Positions 24,065-33,180 of a stretch of 33,180 nucleotides of DNA are shown here, one piece after another. The position numbers and the translations under genes were made by a program. The DNA comes from Basidioascus undulatus (taxonomy: Eukaryota): the NCBI GenBank assembly GCA_000826855.1, contig JTLS01000086.1:1-33180 (forward strand), given 5' to 3'. Position 1 is the stretch's first letter; each line of letters begins with the position of its first letter. The notes beneath the pieces are model-generated. The model was not told the DNA's origin, did no database searches, and saw only the letters and a program-made list of their open reading frames with translations.

Positions 24065-24486
24065 TATGAACGTGCAGTGAGCGTGGTGATGGTTAGTCGA
24101 GAAGAAGTGGAAGGGGACGCGACGGCATAACGCGGGCTGGGGTCGGCAAAGTCGAACAGTTGGGGACGACGCGTCGGGGCGGAAATTGTCAGACGGGTGC
24201 GCGTGATAGCCGGAAGCACTGACGAAAAATGCCAAAGAACGAACCTCGACTGTGGTACGTACCCTTCACTCTTTTTCCCCCTCCTGTCGTACCAGCTCCA
24301 GTTCGTGAAAGCAGATCGTAGAGGCTAGGTGACAACGTCCATACATGGCCGTGTCTGGCGAGAGGGGCAGACAGAGATCATGGAAAGCCCTTTCTGCAGA
24401 CTGCCATTCTGCTTCACTTGCACTTCGCAACCACCCACCGTCAAATGCAATCTTATTGGATCGAGGTATAAAGCGTCTGGCCTCAA

Positions 24487-26288
24487 CTACTCCTCGTACG
24501 CCTGTAGGATAACTCCCTCACAATGCCCAAACCCGACGAGGCCCTCCCCCGACCCGTCATCCGTGCACGCGACAAGATCGATCTTGTCTCCGTCCTCGAG
24601 GAACGTGCGCCTGACCTTCGTTCCGTCGTCCAAATCGAGCTCGAACGGTTCCTTCCCGTTGAGGCTCAGCTCAAGAAGCGAGCCGAGCTCAGAGCGGCTG
24701 GGGCCGGAAATGGTGCCCGAGCCTAGGAGGTCACCGGTGTTGAGCGGGCAACCGCCCGACGAGTGATGTGCGAGCATCTGCGCAAACGAGTAGTATAGAT
24801 GCCTCATGTTGGACTTGGAGATGGTTGTCGAGGCGGTCGACCCGGCAGCTGGTGTCCGGCAGCAAAACGACGTGAGTACGTACGACAGCGACGGGTGGCG
24901 AATTAGGGAACAGTGTACGCACGTGTATATTGAACTTCCAGCTGGATGTCCCAGGTAGGCTTGTGATCCTTCTCCTGAAGGTACGATAGCTGCTCAATGC
25001 CCTCGGCCTGTCGCGGGCAGCATCGACTATGAGCATTGTTCAATGGAGATGAGCAGGAACGTGAATGCAGTGCTTACCCGCTCTGGCAGCGGCGCCTTGA
25101 ACGGCTCGAGCGCATCGAGTGTAACGACCCATGGACTTATGGTCGTCCCAAAGTTCTTACCGTTAAACGGTCCTAGGGGCATGTACTCCCAAGCCTGTAT
25201 GTCGCGACTGGACCAGTCATTCATGACGACGACTATACAGCAAAACGGTTGCTTCAGCAGCACTCGCCGAAAGGAGGTAGGCAGAAGTACGCACTCCCGA
25301 AAATGTGCTCGCGCGCCTTGTCGATGGGGACGCGCTTTCCTAGCTCGTTCGGCGCCGACACGAACGCGGCCATCTCGAGCTCTATGTCGAGCTTCGCGGA
25401 AGGACGGAAGACAGGCTGCTTGACCTCAGCCATCGGGTTGAGTAGAACCTGCCCGAGCGGGCGGCGGATGGACGTGCCAGAGGGGACTACAGACGAGGCG
25501 CGGCCGTGGTAGCTGAGGAGCGCATGATAAGTAATTGCAAAGTTTCAGCATTCAGAGTGCGATTACAGGCGCACCCGATTGGGATGTGCAGCCAGTTGGG
25601 CATGAGCGCGGCGCCGTTCGAGCGAAACAGTCGCCCGACGTTCGTCGCATGCTCCTTGCTCGCTAAATCAAATCCACCAAGGAAGATTAGGAAGGCCTAT
25701 AAGCACAGATATATTGGAAAAACGCACCGTAGAAGTCAGTGTAGTCGCGAATCTGGAACGGCAGATGGCTCTTGACGTCCTTCAGCGGAATAAGCGCTTT
25801 CAATCGAAGAGCGTGATCGCCATCAAGAGCCGAGCCGGTTGAAAGAAGAGCTTGGATATGTTCCCGAATGGCGCGGCGGACGGGCAGACGGAGAGCAGCG
25901 AACGCGTTGAGGTTCTCCTGGGGAACAGGTTGAAAATTGTCATCCAGCAGAGTAGAACAAGCGGGCGCGATAGGGCGTCCTTCAAGGATATATCTATGGA
26001 AGGACGACTCCTCACCTGGTCAAAAACGGACGCATCGAAGCCGACGACGTCCGCAAACAGGCTAGCGTGCGACAAGGCTTGCAGGTCGAGCGCATAGTCT
26101 CCTATAGCCGTTGCCGGTCGAGGACGAGGCTAAAAAGCGACCGGAGAGGGTAAGTAACTAGGAGAACTCCGCGATTCACACCCGCGGATACTGACCTGAG
26201 CTTCCGTAGAAATGATCCCGAACGGGATGTTCCGCAACGAGAAATGCGAGTCGGGGCGGACGGACACGAAAGAAGGTGCTGGCGGCAT
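24487..26288 (-). CDS. fahA: Fumarylacetoacetase (FAH) family protein
   Basis: [144 protein letters not shown]. Confidence 0.95.
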
Positions 26289-27017
26289 GACGGGCGGTGG
26301 AGTGAAAGACTCTCGAATAATATTGGAGCGTGTGCGGGGGTTAGAGCTTTCCACGGACGTCGTTGAGGAGTTGAGCTGGTGGATGAGGATCGAGCTTCGA
26401 GTGCAGCCCGAGTGCGTGAGCTCTGGGTGGGTCGAATCACGAATGTCCGAGGTCAGATATCGGGTGAGTGCAGATGGATTACTTTTATTGAGAGTATCAG
26501 TTGTTCGTGCTCAGTGGATAAGCACGAGGTAGTTGGGATAAGGACGGACAGCGTGATGAAGGCTCGGTTCAAGGCGCGTCGGGCCGCAGGTGTGTCACCT
26601 TGTGACCTCCTGCTCGTTCAGGTGAAGCGGTAAACAAAGAACTCTTGAATTGTCGTTTCCAGTTCACGATAATTTTGGATCGGTTCAAGCAGGGAATTGC
26701 CCTTCGGTCGCGGTGATACCTGGCCGTCCAACTGGATCTGGAGCAGGCGTTGGATATTGGACGTCCAGAAAGTCAGGCAGCACACTTGCTACGGATTCGG
26801 AGGCTGAATCAGGCCTTTGAACTACACTGAGGGATTTTAAAGTACCTAGAGGAAGGGCCTTAATATTTTCCTCAGCAGATACAGGTTCGACGGTCAGGGT
26901 GAAAGCCAGATTCGCACTCAGCAGCAATTTTCCAAGCGACCATTACTTGTTTATCATCAGTACAAAAACAAACACATCATAGACCTTATCGAGCCCGTGT
27001 CTCTCTCATCCGGCTCC

Positions 27018-28823
27018 TCAGATGAGCGCCGGGTTGTGCTCAGTTCCACGACTGCCGCGCCACGAGGTGGGTCCGGTACGGTTCTTTGCGCGCTGGCCAG
27101 CGACGCGCCGGGTGAACCACTGAAAGGCAGTGGCACAATTTACGTATCAGAGCCGGGAACAGAACAAAGAAATCTCATGGACAAGAAAGAACGCACCTGG
27201 CGACTAGTGGTCCCAGGCGGGACTTTAAAAGTCATAGTCTTCTGCGCCTCCGCGACGATAGGGCTGTCGAGGGGCTCGAGGATGCTCTCGAATGCCGGGC
27301 GACTGGTAAAGTTGGGGAAGAATGATCAGATTCAGTGTAACAGAGAGGTGTAAGAGGGGGAGAATCCTCACGTGAAGTAGACACAAGAGAAGCGGGGTGC
27401 TCGACTTGCTCGCCCGGCGGGGGCACGACACGGTGCAAGTTCGAGCGGCTGTACGGAGACAGACAAAAGTAGGGAATAGAAAGGTATACAGTATGTGGGA
27501 CTCACAGAAGACCACCAGAGTAGATAGCCATGGCGTCGCCTGCGAATAGAAGGGGTGTGAGTGACTGGCGACAGAAAGCAATGCAGCGTTAAGAGCAGAC
27601 TGACCGAGGTTGCAGACGGCGTGGCCCTCAATAGGCTGTATTTGAGAAAATAAGCAAGAAACCTTCCGATTCGGTTTGAACGTCATCAGGCGCACCTTGA
27701 TGTACTGCCAGTTGTCGTTGCCAGGCGGCAGGACCTGGAGACCGCCCGTCATGTTGTTGTGCAAGAAGCTCTGCTCCGCCCCAGCACGTCCATTTCAATA
27801 AACTGGGAGACACGATGAAAGAATCTGATATCAATTAAACTCACGAATGTGCCAAAGTCCGTGTGGCTACCAATCGCAGCCTTCTCGAGCGCAGCGACGG
27901 GGTCCTTCGGCGGCGGGTTGCGGATGACACGCAGCTCGGACGGCGACGGCTCGGAACTGTGCAGGTCCGTGATCGTGTTCTCGGGGAGACCCAGGCGGAC
28001 GGTCAGGGCGCGGAGGAGAATCCTGGGTCAAATCGAACAGTCAATTAGCGAGTTAGGCATGGGCAGCGTGAAGGGGGCTTTGACGCACATGGTGATCTCG
28101 TGCGAGCGTTCGATGAACGACTTGATCGGCTGCATCCGCTTGTTGCATGTCTGAAAGCGAGACGGGGCAAAAGCTCAGGTCCGAAAGTCCCAAGTGTGCT
28201 GCTTTAAACAACGATACCTCGGGGTAAGTGCGGTGGACAACTTCAGGGTACGCCAGAGCGTCGTCCTGAAAAGGGGGCCGTGTATTCCGAGTCAGCATGT
28301 ATGCACTTTGGGTAACAAGAAGGCTTCCTCCAACTTACCTTGCCCACGTTGATGAACTCCGGGGTGTCCAAATTCCCGAACTCATCGGTGTTGGTCGCGC
28401 CTGCGGCTTTGTATCTGCGCGTGTCCTCAAGCAGTTCAGCAAACGACTGAAACAGCCTGCGCCAGAGAAAGAAAAAATACCCCATGCTCATGCCCTCGTC
28501 ACCCTGTTCAAACTTCATCTTCTCCTCAAGGGGGAGCAAGAACGTGTCCGCGCCCATCTCGAACATAGGGTGGGGGTCCACACCGTGGTTCTGCTCGCAC
28601 CCGGACACATTCAGGACCGGAAACCGAGCACAGAGTCCGACAGTCCACGGACCTTAAGGTAGAAGAACCCCAGCTTCTTGCACGCCTCAAAGAGCGTGTC
28701 GATCTCCGCCTCCTCCCCCGCCGCGACCTTCTGGTAGTCGACGACGAGGAGCGGGTGCGCCGGGCAGTCCGCGGGGAAGGGCACGACGGGGCGGTGGTCG
28801 GGGACGGTGATCGGAACGGGCAT
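27018..28823 (-). CDS. 2-oxoglutarate/Fe(II)-dependent dioxygenase (DIOX_N + 2OG-FeII_Oxy; IPNS-like superfamily)
   Basis: LFEACKKLGFFYLKNHGV, FLLPLEEKMKFEQGD, GYKAAG, iron ligands GSHTDFG (HxD) and SNLHRVV, GGLQVLPPG..WQYIKPIEGHAVCNLGDAM, C-terminus SRGTEHNPALI*. Confidence 0.92.
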
Positions 28824-29490
28824 GGTGGACGGTGGACAAATGCGTAAATGCTGCGCTGGCTAAAAATTAGAATAGTGATGGAAGATGGGGCTTCGGAGTC
28901 GCCAGTGGTTCAGATTCGGAGGATGGAACAAAGTCTCTCGATGCGAGTGCACGCCTTGTTATACTTTCATCTCCGACATGGTGGACAGCATTCGGACCTC
29001 ACTATCGTGGGTGTCCGTACGTGTCCGTGATATCCTGGGAAGGCGGAAAACGCTAACCGATGGGATTGCAGTTTGGTTTGAACAGAATACTGCGTCCGGA
29101 AAGTGCTGGCCGGCAGCGCAGCAGACAGAACAACCACTGCATGTTACGGTCAGATGATGCCCTGTCTCGGCCGCCTCCAGCCGCTGCTTGCCGCCGCGAT
29201 CGTTTGCATGGGACTGGCGGAATTGTCCTGTTCAGCTGAAATTAGAAAGAAAGGACGACAAAGAATCAAGAAGTGTCTTATGCGAAATGAACACAACGGG
29301 CCTGCTAGTATCATCCTCTCGTAAAGTGCCTCCGACACTTCTCGGGAGGCCTTGACTGCCAATTGCCTTCCGGCTTGGGTGAAAAAGAAAGAGCAAAGTA
29401 GTAGTAATTCAGTGGTTTCTTTGGATTGCCAGAGAATGTTAGAAACAACATGGAAACCAAGCTGAGTAGACGTCCAATAAGCAAAAAGAT

Positions 29491-29588
29491 GGGCCTGACC
29501 GGGAATTGAACCCGGGACCTCTCCCAAACATGCGACTGCATGGGCTTCGCAACCCGAAGGGAAAATCATACGACTAGACCATCAGGCC
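29491..29588 (-). tRNA. tRNA-Pro(CGG) with a 26-nt intron (29527-29552)
   Basis: GGCCTGA acceptor stem pairs with TCAGGCC. Anticodon arm TTCCC-TT-CGG-G[intron]T-GGGAG. T-arm CCGGG-TTCAATT-CCCGG. Intron at the canonical 37/38 position. T5 terminator just downstream. Confidence 0.93.
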
Positions 29589-30236
29589 GATGCCCTTTTC
29601 CCAATCGATACTTTTCACAGTCCTTTTTCATCTCTACCACTACCCACGACTCTCCTTCGGCTGGTCATGCTCCTCTAAGTTGTACACTACAGATCCGGAT
29701 ACACACACACCTTCAGAAATGTGTTTCTGCTCAACCCGACGGGATTGCACTGCAGCGCGCTGCATCGGCGACTATGCGCAGCCTGCATGGTGGTGGTGGT
29801 GCGGCCCTATGATGCGACGCGTCTGACTTGACTTTCCCCTTGACCTCTCCTCACCCATCCCCTTTCCTCCGCCATCCCAACATCCCTCACAAGCCATCCA
29901 CCTCGACGCCCCATTCGCTTTTTGATACGCGCTCCTTTCCCACTGGGATCTCTAAATTGTGAGTCCGCTTTACTGGGCTTGGTTCACTACGCGTCAAGCA
30001 CCTCGCGTCGTGCGACCCGCGTCGCGATAGCGAGCCCGCTTGACGGACGCATGTTCAGCCCGAACCGTCTCGTCACAAACCATCATAGAAACCAGCCTTC
30101 TGCTAGTCATGGGCTAGAGCACCTCGATCGAAGGGAGTTACAGCACTCGAAGAGAGGGGTGCAGGGCGTCCACACGTCCACCTCCCATCCGACCCCCTAA
30201 CCTCGCCCATCCATCGTACTCTCCCCTTGGACCGCG

Positions 30237-31643
30237 ATGCTCATGCCATTCTTTCTCCGCCCCGCCTCAGCGCGCCCTGCCAAACTGCTCACCCTCACGC
30301 GCAGCATGTCCGCCACGTCCGACCCGCCCTTCGACCCGCCCTCGTCACGTTCGCCCTCGCCCGTGCCCGCGCCCGCAGCTGCGACCCCCTCTTCACCGCC
30401 CCCGCCCGCAGCGACCGCAGCAGCGCACGCGTCCGAGGCGTCCGCGTCGTCTCTCATCGAGCGGCGTCCTTCGCTCCCTGACCCGCCCGCGGAGGATACC
30501 GAGGGCCAGAGCCAGAGCCAGACGAAGGAGCACTCACCGTCCGCATCTTCCTCCTCTGCCCAACCGCAACCGCGCCCGCACCCGCAGCCGCTCTCGCTCT
30601 CCCCCTCCTCACTGCACGCACCGCTCGCATCGTCGCCCACGCGCACGCACGCACACACCCTCCCCCCGGCCGCGCCGCTCGACCTCCCCGAGCCGATCCC
30701 CGCGCTCTCCCCGACGCGCCCCACCAACCTAACGACGACCATAACGCACGCGACGCCCTCCCCTCTCCGGCGGCCGTCGCACAAGCCGTCCCACTCCCTC
30801 TCCTCCTTCAACCTCAACCTCTTCTCCTCCTCGCCGGACCTGCACCCGACCGAATCCGAGTCCGGCTCGTCTGGCGCGTCCCCGCCGCGCAACGGGGGCC
30901 CGCAGCTCGCAGACAGGCTGAGCACGGCGTTCGGGCGGCTGCTCGGCCCGCGCAGCGCGCAGCGCATGCTCAGCGACGCGGAGATCGAGGAGGAGGCGCG
31001 GCGCGAGCGGGACCGCACGCGCGCGGAGGCGGAACGCATCCTCCGCGGGGAGAGGGAGGAGGACCACCCGCTCCCTCCCCCACCGCAGAACGGTATCCTC
31101 CCCCGCTCCGCGCTCCAGCCGCACCCACACCCAGCCGAGGAGGCCCTCCGCTGCCTCCAAGCGCGCTTTGAGCACCTCGAGCGTTGGTCGGTAGGGCGGA
31201 TTCATGCGCTCGAGCACCGCGTGCGTGCGCTCGAGGCCTCCGCAGCCGCAGCCGCCTCCTCTCCCTCCCTCGCTGCGCTCCTCCCCTCCCCGCCACCGCC
31301 CGCAGCCACCTCCATCCTCCCCGACCCCACTCGGCTCTCCCCAACCCTCCACTCCTTCCCGCGCACGGCCTCCTCCCCGACATCCTCTACCTCCCCCTCC
31401 CCCGACCTCGCTGCTGCGGCCGGGGGGAACCGCGCGCGCTTTCCCCAGCGCACCCTCTCCACGCCCACGCCCGTCGTGCCCCCGGTCGGCGGCCTCGGAA
31501 TCAACACCAAGGTCGCCGGGCACGGAAATGGGGTCAAGGACAAGGTCGAGCGCGCTACTAGCCCGATTGGTGGGCATCCCAAGGCCATGAGCGCGGGTCT
31601 GAGGGCCCGCGCGCAGACTTTCTTGAGGGATGATGGGAAGTAG
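30237..31643 (+). CDS. Intronless Pro/Ser-rich, largely disordered protein with short coiled-coil segments; function unknown (start may be ATG 30306)
   Basis: Uninterrupted 468-aa ORF with GC3-rich codons. Helical patches LSDAEIEEEARRERDRTRAEAERIL and LRCLQARFEHLERWSVGRIHALEHRVRALE. Confidence 0.75.
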   Translation: MLMPFFLRPASARPAKLLTLTRSMSATSDPPFDPPSSRSPSPVPAPAAATPSSPPPPAATAAAHASEASASSLIERRPSLPDPPAEDTEGQSQSQTKEHSPSASSSSAQPQPRPHPQPLSLSPSSLHAPLASSPTRTHAHTLPPAAPLDLPEPIPALSPTRPTNLTTTITHATPSPLRRPSHKPSHSLSSFNLNLFSSSPDLHPTESESGSSGASPPRNGGPQLADRLSTAFGRLLGPRSAQRMLSDAEIEEEARRERDRTRAEAERILRGEREEDHPLPPPPQNGILPRSALQPHPHPAEEALRCLQARFEHLERWSVGRIHALEHRVRALEASAAAAASSPSLAALLPSPPPPAATSILPDPTRLSPTLHSFPRTASSPTSSTSPSPDLAAAAGGNRARFPQRTLSTPTPVVPPVGGLGINTKVAGHGNGVKDKVERATSPIGGHPKAMSAGLRARAQTFLRDDGK

Positions 31644-32659
31644 GGAGTGGGGAGAGGGATGAGGGGGTTATGCTTTATGCACTCCACTATTGACTCTGAG
31701 TTTCTTTGAGCACTGAGTTGGGCAAGCACAAGGGAGGAGATGCCGAGACTCTTTGAGCGCTCTGTTTGGTCTTGCGCATGGGCGGAGATGTTCATGGACT
31801 GCATCAAAGGAGTCTTTGATCATGCGTCGTTGGGAGCAAATGGTGATATGGACTGGGAGCAGGCTCAAGACTGCGCTACGGTCAGGCAGGGCAGATGCCA
31901 CGCTGTCCTTGTTGGCGCCTAAGATCGGCACAACGTAGCGCACACCGACAAAAGAATGAATGTGTGTGCTCTGAAGACATATGGATCGTTCTACGCAGAA
32001 TGGAGACCCCGCCCATCTCAAGAATCGGCACCTTCCCCCAAGGTCCACGAGTGAGCAATGTCCCGCACGCTCTCCAAAATATGCTCCCATTCCTCCCCGC
32101 CATCTCTTTCAAGCAGAGCGGCCTTATCAGCCGCAGCGATAATCCTCTCCCTCCCAGATCGCGCCAGGACCTCTGCCAACTCCCGACGGGACTGGCCGCA
32201 CACGCATCTCGTAAGGGATCGGGTACCTTGTCCGTCGCGCAGCTACGCTGACGCTGTTCGGACTCCGCCCCGCCGCCCTCACAATAACGAAACCGAACTA
32301 ACAGACTTTCTCAATGGATTGCTTTCGCAGTTCGGCCGCGGAAGCGCGAGCGACTTGGGAGAGCGACTTGATAGCGCCGGCACAGGCCTCGCGGCCTGAG
32401 CGTCTTTCCTTTCTCCTTCGTTCGCCTCCTTTCCTCCTTTCCTCCTTTCCCTCTTTTCTGACTCTTCCTTAGTTTGTACACCCCTAGTTAGCACCGACAC
32501 TTCGATGCTATAGCGCTACTCGGTTTTACTTGCTCTCGCGTGCCGCCTGCTTCCGCCTACGAACACGACAGACCGACAGCGCTCGACTACAACACAATCT
32601 TCTGTGAACTTAACTCTACGGCTTCGTACAACAGGGAGGCCTCTTTATCGAACTGTGAG

Positions 32660-33050
32660 GCTCACACATCTCCTCCAGCGCCTTCCCCCTCTCCGCCCAA
32701 TCCTCTCCAGCTCCGCCTTCTCAAGGCCGAGCTCTTCTCCTGCTCCACCGCCCGTGCTTTCATGTGGCCATCAATGTACCGCAAGCGGTTGTTCGCAGCC
32801 CCAGACCCTCTTCGAGGACACGCATCTGCGCCTCGCGCGTCTTCCCACGGTGCTCCGCCGCTTAGAGAGCGTCGGCTTGCACTTGGAAGCGCGCCTCGTA
32901 GTCCTTCTCTAAGAGGCCGCGGCGCTTCTCGAGCTCGACTGAAAGACGCTGGTTCTCTGCAAGGTCGGCTTCGACCGTGTGGATCTGCGCATGCAACGCA
33001 GCCGAATGTCTTCAGACATTGAGACGGCGCGCGACCGCGACCGCGAGCGG
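32660..33050 (-). pseudogene. Degenerate coiled-coil protein coding fragment (probably continues beyond the window)
   Basis: ALHAQIHTVEADLAENQRLSVELEKRRGLLEKDYEARFQVQADAL*AAEHRGKTREAQMRVLEEGL, with in-frame TAA at 32862-32864, then two apparent frame changes (ANNRLRYIDGHMKARAVEQE / ELGLEKAELERI). Confidence 0.45.
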
Positions 33051-33180
33051 GTCGCCGGATGCTTGGGCGAGGCTCGCCTGTAGATAACGCTGGGCGGATT
33101 GGGTACCGGCGTACGGCGTTGGGAGGCGATGCGAGTGCAGAGGCGTCCAGGGGGGCAGGGTAGGGGGAAGGTGTAAAGGA

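Noticed and set aside
26685..26927. 80-aa ORF between FAH and the dioxygenase
   Set aside because: Non-ATG start, lower GC, no motif or splice support.
1..28823. CNT transporter + aldolase + 2OG oxygenase as a nucleoside/thymine salvage cluster
   Set aside because: The genes are 6-25 kb apart with unrelated genes between them, and nothing in the sequence specifies the oxygenase or aldolase substrate.
30197..31807. Long antisense ORFs (280, 282, 201 aa) over the Pro/Ser-rich gene
   Set aside because: Expected shadows of a very GC-rich coding strand; no recognisable domain.

Overview
Intron-rich, GC-rich fungal DNA. Short GT-AG introns with CTGAC/CTAAC branch points and many micro-exons suggest a basidiomycete, possibly Pucciniomycotina (inference). 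Apparently intact genes: a CNT-family nucleoside transporter (5' end outside the window), a class II aldolase/adducin-domain protein, a TPR protein, an RTC1/SEA2 (WDR24) orthologue, a fumarylacetoacetase, a 2OG-Fe(II) dioxygenase, an intron-containing tRNA-Pro(CGG) and an intronless Pro/Ser-rich ORF. Between them lies an unusually large set of damaged loci. The two most striking objects are (1) a 1.6-kb hAT-like non-autonomous element (7753-9354; imperfect TIRs, near-matching 8-bp TSD, TGAAC subterminal repeats) whose interior is the intron-containing 3' part of an OPT oligopeptide-transporter gene, i.e. a Pack-type element, and (2) a ~16-exon gene for a secreted K/D/E/W-rich repeat protein built from phase-0 micro-exon modules, carrying four in-frame TAG codons and a frameshift. 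Also present: an F-box/LRR-like pseudogene, an apparent deletion junction fusing a hypothetical gene to a 5'-truncated MFS transporter, and a coiled-coil pseudogene. Exon models were read by eye and family calls rest on remembered motifs, not database searches.
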